The notes under the pieces were generated by a model. That model saw only the letters and a list, made by a program, of their open reading frames with translations, made no database searches and was not told the origin of the DNA. The translations under genes were made by a program, and so were the position numbers. Below, piece by piece: positions 36,464 to 50,089 of a stretch of 64,000 nucleotides of DNA. The stretch's first letter is position 1. The number at the start of each line of letters is the position of its first letter. Source of the DNA: Marsupella aquatica (taxonomy: Eukaryota > Plantae > Marchantiophyta); assembly GCA_973895155.1 (NCBI GenBank), contig OZ316895.1, positions 2,777,659 to 2,841,658 of the forward strand, in the 5' to 3' direction.

Positions 36464-39400
36464 CTATTGATGTACATACGTTACTGGTCCTGATCTAGAG
36501 GATACATTAGGCCGGGGAGCATTACTATGTGCTGATGCCGTCGTCGATGATCCCTCAACAAAGGACACATTCTTGCGCATTCCATTGTAATCTAATGGAC
36601 CAGAAAACCGACCTGCCTTTGAGCTAGACTTGAAAGAGTCATCTTTACTTCCCTCCAGATAATCGGAATCGTTCATCTTTCGTGAAGAAGAAAATCTGAT
36701 GGGACCAGAAAATATGGATCCTCGTGAAGTTGACCGGGAAGTATCAGCGGAGTCGTTCACCTCCATGTCCCTCCTGTTCCTGGCAGGACTTTCATTTCTA
36801 CCGAAAGCACTTGTGTACCGAGCCTTAGTGGGAGACATGGGTGTCAACGTTGGTGTGTTGTTTTCATAGTAGAGCTGATAGATAGATCTCAATATACTCT
36901 GTGGTAAATGTGCCTCCACTGTGGTCCTGGGAAGATGACAAGATAGTTCGCATAGCTGATCCAGGAACACAAGCTTTGCGACCAAAGGACTCCTATTGCT
37001 GTCACTTAGGCCCTCAAACATAATGGCAGATGAACATTGGACAAACGTTCTCATGGACGCCTTGATGTTCGCATCAATTACAGCCTTCCCTTCGCCAGGC
37101 TTTGCTTCTGGAGCCGAACTCACTGCCTCTTGTAAGCTTCTGCCCGCAGTTGCTTGTCCCTGTGCCATTAATTGTCTCTGTATTTCACTTTGCTCACTGC
37201 GGACCATTTCACTCGCAGCAAATATCGCATTGACACACCTTGCTAGGCAGTGGACATTATTGGAAAAGCCACCGGTGTGAATACTGAACGTGCTGGAGTT
37301 CCACAGGTTGGAGGTCATGCAAGCTACATAAAGATATGGCAATAGGGACCAGACAGATTCACCAGCTCCCTTTACATCCCCAAGAACCGATCTCACCCAT
37401 GCCACATCTTGGTCTTCGGAAGCACCTATCCGGGTAGCCAGCAGCTTCAATTTCAATACGTCTGGCATCTCTGGTATTGACGATGGAGCATGCTTTGTAA
37501 AATCTCTGAAGAGAGAGAAGAGGAGTGGAGTGTTTGAACTGAGGACCTGGCTCGTAGCTTCAGCCAACAACGATCTAAAGCTTAAAATATGCCCCACTTG
37601 TAAAGAGAGTTTCATTGTTGCCTCTATCTCCACAAGCTGCTTCAATCCAGCCCTGCGTTCCGTCTGATTGTGCATATTTGCAGCAATGTTTTCCAGTGTT
37701 TTCTTGTTTGACCGAATTGTTGAATCAATACCACTGAGCAGTGGGGCAAGCTGCTCTCGTAGACTGCAATCCAATTTTTCTGTTCCATAAGGCCCAAACA
37801 TACGGATGAAGGCCTTCAATTCAGTCAGCTGAGATACTGGCTCAGCAGAAACTTTTCCAAGGGGCCTCGTGCTTTTGAAGCACCTGTCAGACGGTGAAAA
37901 TATGACTCCACAGGACTTCACATCCTTCACAATATTCTGAATGTACCAATTTGATATGATGGTGACCGCTTGACCACCTGAGCCCACCTCACCTTCGAGA
38001 GGATGCAGATCTCTCATTTTCTGTGAAAATGATTCTGACAATAGTACCTCCCTCACTCCTCGAGTCATGTCCATGCTCACATGTTGCTCCAGCAAATGAA
38101 TGATACGCATATGACGGTGTAAGCGGGCCTCAGCAACGGAAGGGCGAACGAGATCTTCACCTGAGATAATTACATTACAAAGTCGCGAGGTGAGGTTGTT
38201 CATCACATATTCCCTCATATACTCCCGAGGAATGTAGATATGATTGAGAATCCGGACTGGCTCCATTTCATTCAATACAGAGCATAGACCAACCAACCTC
38301 TGCACTGCTGCCTCCAGCATTTTGATGGAATCCTTGTTCTGGGATTCACTTTCAATTCCTGGTAAGGGAAAATCAAAGTTTACAACTCCTTGTTTCCCCC
38401 GTGGACCACCAACTTTTCCCAGCTGATTCAAACGCAGTGCTGCCTGCTCTGCTAGGAGCTTATTTTCAAGTGAGCCAAACCCACCCTCGGAATCCAGAAT
38501 GTTGATTAACCCTTCCAAACCCCCCATCACAGCCTCCATCAAAGCTTGAGCATAAGATATAGCATCTTTGGCAAATTTGCTCATCTCATCTGGAAGACTA
38601 TGATGAGCATTTTCCGGGAAGGAATTTGCTAGACCAAGCCAGGCACAACAATGCTGAGGCCGCCCTTCTGGTCCAAACATTGTGTGCCGGAACACGGCCG
38701 AAACATGTTGGCGATAATAATACAACAATTTAAGGGAGCCATGCTGTTGTAGCTGTGCTTCGATCTCATCGACCCGCCTTGACCACATATATGCATTGTT
38801 TCCTTCAGTAACTATGCTTTCTTTGCCAGTGGAAGTGGTAGCCTTATCGAGATGCCTAATGTTTATTGGCGACCGTGCTGATGATACTAGCAGCATAGTC
38901 TGTAGCCAATCTCGTCGAAAACCTGTGAGGTCAACCGGACTAGTGGCCATTTTCTCGCTTTGCTGCTTGGGAAGTTTTTCTAAGCTATCGAGAGTAGAGA
39001 GAAAAAGGTGGCGCAACTCAGCATCTATGTCCAGCGCCACCATTCCGGGACTACCTAATAGTGCTCTCATCCTGAGAGCAGCAGCTGCAAGATAGCCGAG
39101 TGAAAACCCTCGAATGGCTGGGGTATATTTCCTTATCAGGGCTATCAGCCTATCCATCCCATCTAATAAGAATCCAATACTTGGATCTGAAATATCCAAC
39201 TCCACGGGAGCGGCCCGCGTCCCCCGTGTTTTTCCAACCATCACTCCAACATGACTAAAATACCAAACAACCTCCGAGCGTGCCATTGCCAGAGCGGAGA
39301 AAACCATCTGTATATTGGGTGCCAGAAGCGTGGGTTGATCCGAGAAGAAAAGAATCATGCGGCCAAGCTCCTGCTTCAGAAACATGCGCTGCTCTCTGTG

Positions 39401-40702
39401 AACATTGTCACAAGTAGCTATCGCTATTTCCTGCACCTCCAAGATGCTCTTCTCTACTTGCTTGGCCTGGTTATACTCCACATCTGCCTCCCGTCCCTTC
39501 ACCCGTCCAGTTTTTGCTAACCTCTTGGACTCGGCAATCTTTGGCAACACATGATGCTGGTATTCTTCGTGGACAAGGATACTCTCGTCTCGGAAGAGAA
39601 AGAGCACTAACGTTTCTCTCAGAATCGCCATTGCAATTTCAATGCCGTTTGTCCGAAGTAGCTCACTTGGGCAGACAAGGTAGCCAAACAGCACCCATTC
39701 CCGATAGGCATCAATGTGGGCAAGATCTTGGGCTCTAGCAGGGTGAGCAGAATTGGTGAGTTTGTCTGGATAGCGAGGGTGAAAAGGACTAAGAAAGCCC
39801 TCATTTCTAAGTCTCTGGTAATCCATGCCGAGAAATATAGTGGGGCCAACAGCATCCAATATCTCGCCGATTCTGGGGCTCACAAAGTTGAGATCGTCGT
39901 GCAAACCATTCAGAGGAGGATCATATGAATCCACAAACTGTACTAGCCGATGATACGATTCAAAATCTCTGCCTCCTTTCAAAACCGTGTGGGTGAGATT
40001 GTACACTTGCAATATCATCTTCCTTGGTATCTTTTCAGCCATCAAATTCACCCGAATGAAGGAACAGAAGAGACCCATGAACAAGTGCAAAATCAAGGGG
40101 TTTTGCTGCGGCAGTAAGGTGACCGTTGTGCTGCTTAAATCCAAAATAATTCGTAACGCATGCTCACGAAATATCATCAAGTCCACAAGGACAAAAAGCC
40201 AAGGCTCTAGTCTTGCTGCGAACATTGCAGCATTTGATTGAAGCGAATCAAGGCCGGCTTTATCGATCTTCTCGAGTTGCATCTTCAAGGGGTGTTCCGG
40301 AAACTTTCTAGCCAGATGCATGCACAGCTTAGGCAGGTCTGGTAGCACCCCAGATTTCCAAAACTCGTCAGGCAGCTGCTGAGAAGCAAAATCCGGCATT
40401 CCCAATATCTGACGCAACCTGTATATCTTTGTCATCAACCCCTCGGCAACATCCTGCAAGTGCACCATCCATTCTATCTGGCGAGTCTTTAGAACGTTAG
40501 TCCCGTTGTTATGCTGTCCGTTTCCTCGGACATTTGACGAACCTGCTCTTCTCCAGATGGGCGAATCTATTCCCCCAGGGGATCCCAAGCCCGAGTCATG
40601 CAAACCAGACGCATCATCTCTTTGGTTAATCTCCACAGAAATATCCCGTTTGACGAAGCTTGAACGTCTCCCAAAATGGCTTCCTTGCCTTTGCGACTCC
40701 AT
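36464..40702 (-). CDS. NAP1: NCK-associated protein 1 (SCAR/WAVE complex subunit), 1412 aa, single-exon CDS
   Basis: Continuous ORF with plant NAP1 motifs (LRNEGFLSPFHPRYPD, YREWVLFGYLVCP, TMFGPEGRPQHCCAWLG, GGLEGLINILDSEGGFG, C-terminal SRSGP). Confidence 0.96.
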   Translation of the reverse strand: MESQRQGSHFGRRSSFVKRDISVEINQRDDASGLHDSGLGSPGGIDSPIWRRAGSSNVRGNGQHNNGTNVLKTRQIEWMVHLQDVAEGLMTKIYRLRQILGMPDFASQQLPDEFWKSGVLPDLPKLCMHLARKFPEHPLKMQLEKIDKAGLDSLQSNAAMFAARLEPWLFVLVDLMIFREHALRIILDLSSTTVTLLPQQNPLILHLFMGLFCSFIRVNLMAEKIPRKMILQVYNLTHTVLKGGRDFESYHRLVQFVDSYDPPLNGLHDDLNFVSPRIGEILDAVGPTIFLGMDYQRLRNEGFLSPFHPRYPDKLTNSAHPARAQDLAHIDAYREWVLFGYLVCPSELLRTNGIEIAMAILRETLVLFLFRDESILVHEEYQHHVLPKIAESKRLAKTGRVKGREADVEYNQAKQVEKSILEVQEIAIATCDNVHREQRMFLKQELGRMILFFSDQPTLLAPNIQMVFSALAMARSEVVWYFSHVGVMVGKTRGTRAAPVELDISDPSIGFLLDGMDRLIALIRKYTPAIRGFSLGYLAAAALRMRALLGSPGMVALDIDAELRHLFLSTLDSLEKLPKQQSEKMATSPVDLTGFRRDWLQTMLLVSSARSPINIRHLDKATTSTGKESIVTEGNNAYMWSRRVDEIEAQLQQHGSLKLLYYYRQHVSAVFRHTMFGPEGRPQHCCAWLGLANSFPENAHHSLPDEMSKFAKDAISYAQALMEAVMGGLEGLINILDSEGGFGSLENKLLAEQAALRLNQLGKVGGPRGKQGVVNFDFPLPGIESESQNKDSIKMLEAAVQRLVGLCSVLNEMEPVRILNHIYIPREYMREYVMNNLTSRLCNVIISGEDLVRPSVAEARLHRHMRIIHLLEQHVSMDMTRGVREVLLSESFSQKMRDLHPLEGEVGSGGQAVTIISNWYIQNIVKDVKSCGVIFSPSDRCFKSTRPLGKVSAEPVSQLTELKAFIRMFGPYGTEKLDCSLREQLAPLLSGIDSTIRSNKKTLENIAANMHNQTERRAGLKQLVEIEATMKLSLQVGHILSFRSLLAEATSQVLSSNTPLLFSLFRDFTKHAPSSIPEMPDVLKLKLLATRIGASEDQDVAWVRSVLGDVKGAGESVWSLLPYLYVACMTSNLWNSSTFSIHTGGFSNNVHCLARCVNAIFAASEMVRSEQSEIQRQLMAQGQATAGRSLQEAVSSAPEAKPGEGKAVIDANIKASMRTFVQCSSAIMFEGLSDSNRSPLVAKLVFLDQLCELSCHLPRTTVEAHLPQSILRSIYQLYYENNTPTLTPMSPTKARYTSAFGRNESPARNRRDMEVNDSADTSRSTSRGSIFSGPIRFSSSRKMNDSDYLEGSKDDSFKSSSKAGRFSGPLDYNGMRKNVSFVEGSSTTASAHSNAPRPNVSSRSGPVTYVHQ

Positions 40703-43680
40703 AATCCCCTAAAGGACACTTTTGCAGTTGAAAGCTAAATCTCGTAGCTACTCAAAAAGCCGGGGAAGATCTGCATCCAACTTATCCGTAAGTAATGCTG
40801 AGGATGCCAAAGATTTAAATACAACTTAACTTCAGCATTTGTCCCGTTGCCTTCAATCTCAAAAGACACACACACATTGCGACAACTTTGCCTAAACAAC
40901 GGAGGTTCACCTGTTTCCCTTCGTCTCACCACTTCCCCGTCCCCAACTCCACTTGGTTGAAACATGACCCAGTCCATGTCAGCACCCATAAGGCAGATCC
41001 CCCTTAATCACGAGAGATTGAGTAGAAGCTCTGTTTCAAGTGAGCCTGATGCTGATAACAGCGGGCTAAGCGACAAGGCTTCGACTTGTGTCGATCCTTT
41101 CCCATGCATTTATCCTTTCCCTTGATCTCACAGAGACACCGCTACCAACTAAATCATACCCAACACCTGCAATATTTTACCCTCTTACTGGACTTCTCTT
41201 TCCAAACTGATCTCCACAGCTGCACACTGAAGCGAGAGCATCTACAGTTCGCTTCCGAAGTGTGGATCTGCTTCCCACTTTGCCAACCAACTTAATTATC
41301 AATGACAACTTCCTGATACGGAAAACCTCGCCGAAGGACAGCCTACCGGTGATCCTAATGACAGGACGTTGAAGTGCACATCCGTTCTAAGCTGATCTCT
41401 TGAACTGGACACTGACAAAGAGGCGAGACAGCTCCCAAATGTGTCGATCCCGTCCTACACTCCGATCCCTGCCCATGCCTAGATCCTTCCCCTCCGTGTC
41501 CCCTTCCTCTTCACCACGACAATACTGCTCTGGGCTCAATCTGCTCTGGGCTCAATTTCGCTGACAAGTTGATGCGTACTGCCTGCTGCCTCGTCTGGAC
41601 TGGTCTGGTCTCAAAACTTTCAACGACCAGACGTGGAGCTCAAGTTGATCCAGTCAGCTCGACCGAGCACGAAAACCTCTCCCCATTGTGGTGTCTACTC
41701 CTTGGTATGAAAACAACAGTGCGTCAACGTCGACGGCGGACATTACCGCAACGAATCCATCACGGTGACTAACGGATCTCAGCAGCTCCTCCACAGCGAT
41801 ACTGAGAGTGCAAACACTCCCCCGCCATTCTGTTGCCTCCTCTTCTTCGATGGGACGTTACCTACAGGTACGGCGCATTGACAAACCACACCCGACGGAG
41901 TGGACCCACGATTGTAAAGTGACGCTTTTGTTGTTGCTGTTGCTGGTAGCTCGGCACGCTTGGCAACTCTACCACCAGTCAGGGTGCGGAAAGAGGAACG
42001 GCTGCTGCTGCCTTGAAGGGGACTAGAATGGTTATTGGTGCTGTATGACACCATCAACGAAGATCTAGCACTGCATAAATCTCATGACAGGAGCGTGTAA
42101 GCAGGTATTAGCTCGACCATCATGACTCCTCTGCTGAAGGCCGTGGACAGGCCCAACACGAGAAGAGGGACTCGACCGGACTGGACTGGACTGGTGCTTG
42201 GAACTGCTGTGCACAGAGCAAATTTAAAACCCCAAACCCAGGAGTAAACAGAAACGGTCAAAGGATAAAGAACTCAAGAGAGTGGCTGTTGCGGCTGTTA
42301 CAGGTTGCCATCAACGAAGAAGATCTACAATGCCAGAAGCGCACAGTAGTCAAAGAACAAAGCAAGGGGGGCGGGCGCACAGCAAGGCACTGAAGAACAT
42401 CAAACGCAGTGTTCAGTGAACGAGGCTTGCAAGGAAGGATGCTGCCCTCCCCACAACATAAACGTGCAGATTCTGTAAAAAGTACTTGAGCTAATCAAAC
42501 GGTAGTCCCGTGATGAGAACAGCTGCAGCTGATATGACGAGGAGCGGACTGGTGAAGCTGTCTCATGTCCCTCTCGAATCACGACCAACGAAAGCAGAGT
42601 GGGCGTTCAATGCGATCCTAAAGAGAGCTCCACACAGAGAGAGAAAGAGAGAGGGAGAGAGTGAGCTCCCGAGTCTCAACCAAAGGATCAGGAAGAATGT
42701 AGGTGACTGGTGAGATGGATGTGAGTAACGAATGAGAGCTCAGTAAGTCGGATCTTCAAAGAAAGACAGACAGAGACACAAACCGATCTCAGTTACGACG
42801 AGTACAGAGGAAGAAGATCATGTCATCACTACTGCTTCATAATAAATTCGAGTCAAGCTCATGCCTTCGACATTCCTCTGAGAATATCTGTGAATCTGGA
42901 GAGCGCGCTGATCTCATTCGCCCATAGGTTTCGGGCAATTACGGTGCACAGACACATGGGTCTGAGACAAATGTGTGGGAACTGTGGGGCTTCAGAATAC
43001 TGTAGTTCTTCATCAATAATAATAATGTTAAGTAGTTATGTTGACGAGTGACCAGAGTCAGACCCACACTTTTCTACTCTGGAACTGTTCCCAGTTTGGA
43101 ATCTCGATAGTGCTGCTGTTGTGGGGTGATGACCAATTGACCGCCAATATACACATTGGCTGAAGGAATTGCAAATAATAATCATAATCATGATCCGCTT
43201 CTTCCTCTTAGAATGATGATAGTGTAGACTTTTGGAGCATTATATTTGTTGTGTTGTGTTTTGTGCACACACACTTCACTTTATCATACTAATATATCCA
43301 TATGGTATCATCTCTCACGCCTTTCGAGGAAGTGGCAGAAAGATCCACTCTGAGGTAAGATGCCGTGTCTTTTTTGGGATGTAATTAAACATGGTGATGT
43401 GATGCATTTGGTGTTGCACCGTTACCTTGTTTTGCAGCTAATTTAATCTCCCACATCTTTGGAAGAACCTTAGGGTTAGGGTTTCTGAAGATTGAAATTC
43501 AAGTATCAAAGTTTTACTAGTCCCTCGTCAGCGTTGTTTAATATTATGTTTCACCAGTCATCACACTTTTTAGCAGATTAATGACTTTTTAAACATTTTT
43601 ATCATTCTTTTCACTATTGTGAAGCTAGTTTTTAATTTTGAATGAACCTTGAATAGACCTTGTCCTTGAACAGGCATGAC

Positions 43681-43941
43681 TGTGCTTGATAGAACCCCCC
43701 CCCCCAAATACTATAGTTGATCAGCCCCCACTAAACTCTTTTTACAAACTTGATCCCCCCTTAGTGGTCCTTACATTGAGTTCTTCTAAACCAAGAAACC
43801 GCATAATTTTCCGTGCATGACTTACCTGTCGCTGTGCACTTTCGGTTTTCCATGTTGCATTGTATGCAGTCTAGTGTGTAAACAAGGTTTCATGGGGGCT
43901 GATCAAGGAAACTTTTTCTGCCATGGGGTTCATCAAGCATA
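43681..43941. mobile_element. Degenerate MITE-like element
   Basis: Imperfect inverted ends (tgtgcttgatagaacccc...ttgatcagccccca / tgggggctgatcaa...ggggttcatcaagcata). A related end sequence lies at ~9660-9770. Confidence 0.55.
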
Positions 43942-44579
43942 TCCCTCACCCCTGAATCATGCAATTTGGATGGACCTCTTGAATGGACCTTGCCTGCTGT
44001 ACATTCACAGAAACAAGAAAAAGGTGTGAGACTTGCTACCTAACTGAACCCAGGATGACCTGAAAAGTGTCTTGCTTTTGGGACTCATAATGTTTCCAAA
44101 TGTGATGAGAATACATTGAAATTGGTTTGGTGGAAAGTTCATTCAATACACTGTGTAACAAACTAAAGAGAGTCTTGAGATGTTAAGTAGTTGGGGCAAA
44201 ATCTAGCTCGAAGGATGATCATCCACAATCACTGGTTAGGTTTCAGTTTACAGATTACTCTAAATATTTAGCATTAAAATATACTGTCCAAGAAAATTTC
44301 AATGTTTGAATATGGTCCACCTTATTTGCAGGAGGACATACAATTCATAACAGGTCCATCTGGGCATAGTTTTCTTCAAATTTAGTAACTCCGGAGCTAG
44401 TGACTGAGGGCTTGAGAGTAACTTAGTTCATTCCTTCTGTCTTTCTGTCCAGGGTACTATAACATGTGAAAAGCGCAAACAGAGAAAAAAAAGCTCAAAT
44501 AGTGGGGCCAGTAGAATGAAAGGCTCAGGACCCTGTAGGCCAATCTTTATATTTATAACTGGCTCAATAACCATGCATT

Positions 44580-44790
44580 CCATAAAAGATGTCATTGCAC
44601 AAAAGATGTTTGTGTAAAAGATGTCTTTGTGTAAAAGGACACCTGCAAAAGATGTCATTATGTAAAAGAAGTTGTTACATAAAAGATGTTATTGCATGAA
44701 AGAGGTGGGCCATTCCACAAAAGAGGTTGTTGCGTTTAGGGTTTCATTGTGTGAAAGACATTGTTGCATAAAAGACAGTATTGTGCAAAA
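44580..44790. repeat. Degenerate ~17-bp minisatellite (aaaagatgtcattgcat-like)
   Basis: About ten recurring aaaaga(t/g)gt units. Confidence 0.7.
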
Positions 44791-44845
44791 GGTGTACTGT
44801 AGTATAGTAAATAATAAAACTGTACAAAAGATATCACAATGTACA

Positions 44846-45005
44846 ACGTGAAATAAAAACATTAGCCACATCAAAAAATGAAAAGAATACACATAATGAA
44901 GTCTTTACTCATTTAAGTATAGAACACGTGAAATAAAAACATTAGCCACATCAAAAAATGAAAAGAATACACATAATGAAGTCTTTACTCATTTAAGTAT
45001 AGAAC
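44846..45005. repeat. Perfect 80-bp tandem duplication
   Basis: 44846-44925 is identical to 44926-45005. Confidence 0.95.
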
Positions 45006-47278
45006 TACCATATTCAAGTGGAAGGGGAATGGGAAGTACTCATGTGGGAAGTAGAAGGGGCGAGGATAGACTGAGTAGGATTCTGTCCTCCTTGATCCTT
45101 GCCCCTCCCTCTTTTCCCACCCTTGTGCGGGAGGGAGGGGGCCAGGATTGAGCCTCCCCATTTCCCAACCATGCGCCGGCCATCTCCATGTTCTCCTTGA
45201 TCATTTCCCCCTTTCATGTTGTGCCTGGACCCTCCCCATTTTGCTTCCAAGTCTTTCCCTAGCATGGAAAATATCAAAGTTTGTAAGACGACCAGGCATG
45301 GACAGGTAAACCACATGGTTGTGTATCATCTTTCATGGGTGCAAATCCTTGTCAATTTTTCTGGGTGATTGTTGTTTCAGTAATGTGATATTTTTGGTCA
45401 TTGTTATTGCTGTGAAAGTGTTGTTGCGGAGAAGAGCAAAAGTGAGAGCATGGGGCTGCGAGATGGGTGCCAGTGGCCACACATCTTGAGCTGCAAAATT
45501 GATGTTGTTGGGGAAGGTGAGAGCATAGAGGGAGGGGGGATGCAAAACAGAAACATCATTTGGGGCAGTGTGGGGGTGGGGTGGCGCAATACTATATTGG
45601 ATGAAGCAATTTTTACTTTTCTTGCCTCCATATTTTCCGCCTCCCCTCCCCATGCCCTCCCTTTCTTCCTACTGTACTCCTTCCCTCTCCTTCCCACTGG
45701 TCTGTCCCTCCCTCCTCCCCCCTTTTCTTCCCTCCAACATGATTAAAAAAGAGAATTTTTTTTGACAAAAAACAAAAATTTAAACTCCAAAAAGGAAAAC
45801 TCTCTTCAGACGAGCTAAGAGTCAAAACCTTTCCATCTCATGTAGATATACATCCCTTTTACTTCTACTTCCCCTCTAACTTACTCTCCATGCCAGAAAC
45901 CTCGAGCTCAATTCAATTTATTTCCCCTTTAATATTCCATGCCAAAAAGTACTCTGCAACTAGCAGAGTCATGTACCTTGTACCCTAACACATGTACTAT
46001 ATCTTGTACCCTACTATAAAAACAATCTTGGGTACCTCTTTCAGGCAATCCAAGAGTGTCAAATAATCTTAAACAACATCTAACAGCAAAGGATTGTTCA
46101 TATTTTTTCAATATTGTAAATGGACAATGGCAGGATCCCTTATTGTAGTAGTTGATTTTTGGGAGGAAGTAACCAGGAAAACTCTTTCTTGATGCAGGAG
46201 GTGCATACTGCTAACTACATCCTGACACATGCATCACAACCATTGTATTTTCCATGAGTAATCCCAAACTGTTAGCTCTGGCAAGTATCCCCCTTGTCTT
46301 CAGAGGTGTTTGGCTTGGCTATATTCGTGTTAGAATTTGTAAATTTTACTTTAAAAATGATATCTCAAGAAGATAAGAAAAACAATGCTCCCATGGACCA
46401 AGATAAAAACCATGCAACCTAGACAGACTAATGAAAATAGTTCTCTGTTGTGCATTCCATGTGCGATACAAAAATCCATGGAAGCATTTTGGCAAACCTA
46501 GAGATAAGAATTTAGCAAACTTCACCAACATTCCAAAGGCTGATGTAGGCCCACCAAAGTCACCAATTATACCCAAGTTTGAGGATGGCACAAACCCTCT
46601 CTTGCTAACCTGGGAGTCATGCCCGTGTGCGTCGTCTGTGGAATTCATGAGCGCATTTAGTAGATAATAATGGAGGTGAGCTGACAGCTTGAAGCGATGC
46701 TAGGTTTTGATGATAGCCTGACTTGGGGTACCAGTACTTGACCTTCAGAAGACGGCAATTTTTCTTACTATATGTTTGTCCTTGGGAGCTCACGTGCAAC
46801 CCTCCAGGAGAGGCTATTCCATAAATTATGACTGCGTATCATTAATTTTGAAGTTGGTAGAGGTACGGTTGGCGACATTTAAGTACTACTACTTGGCATT
46901 GGGATGCGTCCTTGAACTTCTGTGCCTTCTTCTGGTGACTTTGCGAGTTGACAACAGAAGAAGAAAGTGCCCCAAAAAATTGGATTGGGGTTTCTAGGCT
47001 TCATCCTTACATCTATCCTGTTGACTGTATTAAGTCGGCGAATAGAAAACCAAAAAGCATGAGCAAAAATGCTTCATCCTGAGGGTGTCCAACTCGGATG
47101 GAGGGTATATTGATGACTTAAATGTCAAACCGACTTAGGATCTGGAGGAGTGAGAATTGATACAACTGAGGAGGTAACATCTGAATCAGAACAAGAATTC
47201 TCATCAAAATCATTTACCCTTCAAAGAACAATCGTCAGCCTCAGGTTCGCAATGCCATTTAGTAGCAGAGGTAAACTG

Positions 47279-50089
47279 TCAACGTGAATATTCATTAAGA
47301 TCGTTTACCGAGTCAACAAGATCTGTATCGGCCACACATTCTTCAGGGGAGAGAGGTGGTAGTTTCATGGTTTTCCTCTTCAAGTTGTGTTTGTGCCAAT
47401 CACTCTTGAAGTGCTCCCGATACTGCTTTGCATCCCCGACTTCGGCATTACAAGTATTACACCGCTGTTGTTTAACTGGAGCTACACTGGTTTTCGATTC
47501 TGCTACGTGCTTGGAAGGGGCACTGCCTGAATTGGCCGAACTCCCCCTGCCAGAAGTACTTCCTAAAGTTTCACCTCCTGCTAGTACCATTGCCTCACTG
47601 AATCTCTGCACCACTCTAGATTCTTCAGGGACTTTATTGCTTTTAACTTGCCCTGAAGGGCCATCGTCCTCTGCATCAATAAGTTCATCGACAGTCCCAT
47701 CACCTTCCTTTTGCACAGCCATGGAAGCCACTTCAAGTCTCCCACCGTGATCTCGTACCACTTGATCGCATTCACGAAAATGTCCTGGCTCAATTTGACA
47801 AACCTGGTGTGATGCAAGAACATTATCAGTTTGCAAACAAAGGATTTGGTTTGAAGGGACTATGCCCAGTTATTTCTGGGTCAGAAAAAAATATCACGAA
47901 GATTCAAAAGTACAAGATCCAGTCAATGTCCTTCCGAGGACAAAACAACTAATAATCCGTTACATGCATGAAAGACGCCATGGTAGACACTCAAACAAAA
48001 AGCACCCTCAAACCCAAGCATTGCGATCTCACAATCTCATGGAATTTGAGTCATATAGAATTTTTGACTGTCAAGTTCGAAATCCAAGATAAAATGTGCC
48101 ACATGTATAATACAAGCAATGATTTCACCATTTGAACTGCTTGACTGATCAGCTACCGTCTTGCGAGGAGAGACAGGCATTGAGGACGTTCATACGTACC
48201 ACAGAAAATGATTCTTTACTTTCCTCTTCGCTTTCTATAGTTGCACTCCAAGCAGACAATCTTTCCAAAGTTGTAGCTCTTTTACTGAGTGGCACAACTA
48301 TTTTCAACCTCATCCGCGCTCTTGCAATTGGGAAATGCTTAGCTAACTCTCTTATGAGTTCAAGTGCCTGTTACAACGCCATCCAAAGCTTGGATTAAAA
48401 CTGTCTTCGTTCTTCCTTGGAAACAGAAATTGACTCAAACGAATTTGCTCAATAACAGTGGACAATACTACCACAAGTTACTTATTCCCCAACAAGCTCA
48501 AATTCAACCACGTATATCCAATTCAGAGGGACAGGAATGCACTAGTCAACAACCAGAAGTCCATCAAATGGAAACTGAAAGTTTGAACTTGCGACAACAT
48601 CCTTGCAGGAAAAACTCGGTTATCTATATACAAAAAAAGGTGCTCACGGCTGAACTTTGACAATTAGCGTACTAGGTGTTAGATGCCAAATCGTACCTGT
48701 TGCTTTGAGTTTTTGTTCGGTTCAACTGCAAAATGGACGTCCTTCATCAGACGTTCAATCATACTGATTGTGTACGGGCGTTCTGTATCAGGGTTGACAG
48801 TTTTGTGCATCACAATTGTAGCAACGTCACGAAACTGATTTGACAGTTGTGACTCTCGCTCTTTATCTGCAATTTGCACCTCACCTTTCTCCAATATCTG
48901 ATACACCAACCAGCACTCCATTTTTAATCGTCTACCGATTTTTCGTATGTTCAGTAGATCATAAACTCTCCCTATGCATTTAGTACTCTGGTCAGGATCC
49001 AAGCACGTCCACAGACCTTGTCACATTTTTCAGAACAAGTATGACCTAAACTATATTGAAAATACTCAACATCTGTTAATACAACATCCAGCTACATTCT
49101 GGATAGTAAGTTGATTTTTGAGGTGGAGGCAGTAATTTAGAACATGTGAATCGAGATGGGAGGTGCAACTGAAGTACTGATCCAGATATGAAATTCCGGT
49201 CAGATTGGCTTGGAGGCTAAGTTATCTGGCAAGAATGTGAAGTCCACCCGGGATGGTCAGCATGATAGGTTCAAGTCTCAAGAACTCTCTGCTTACACTT
49301 GGTGATTCTAAAATTTGGCGCCTCTAAAATCAAAGTATTGGGTGCCTTCAACACCTGGGTACTAATGACAGATTCTGAAAGACGTGAGAGCAAGAATGAA
49401 GAAGTTCTAGGGACAACGTAGGCGACCAACCTCGAGGGAGATCTTCTCATGAGAATCAGTTCCAAAGGCTTCGACGAGCTCTTTCGACTTCGCTAGCACT
49501 CCTTTGGACACATTGGTGAAAACAGTGCGCGTTTGCAACACTTCATCTATATCTTTTTCCCTGAACTCGAATTCGGAACGTCACCATCAGAAACAACCAA
49601 CTCGAACGAAATCCTTCTCCGTTGAAACAAGCCAATCCACTATACAATGAACTGTAGGTCGTCCATATACCAACAAGAATTTCGCAAACTACTGAGTATC
49701 GTCAACCATCTCGAATCTAAGGGCGAGAACATGAATTATACATACGGCTGTGCATCCGCTGAGGAGGGCAAGTTTTAAAACGAAGAAAAAAGGCGGAGAA
49801 TATTGCAAAAGTCTGTAATCTATCCAGACGCTCCGTAAGAGGGTGCGAGAAATTCCAGAGAAGCCCATGACAAGTCTATTTGAGATCCTATCCTCAGGAT
49901 CACAGTAAAAGCTAAGAGGGAGCAGACAGAAGGAGCCGAAGAGGCGAGAACATACACTCGTGATCGCCATGATAGAACCTTGTTTTTGTAGCAGGCAATC
50001 TCAAATCGGTGCCCATGTTTTTTGTACCGCACCACCGCTATGTTAGTAAGCCGTTTCTGCCCTATGGGCTGCCCAATCTTCGACGACAT
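47279..50089 (-). CDS. SBDS: Ribosome maturation protein SBDS/Sdo1 with C-terminal C2H2 zinc finger, 385 aa; exons 49956-50089, 49431-49560, 48697-48897, 48200-48367, 47279-47803
   Basis: [41 protein letters not shown]...[27 protein letters not shown]...[14 protein letters not shown]. All introns GT-AG and in frame. Confidence 0.96.
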
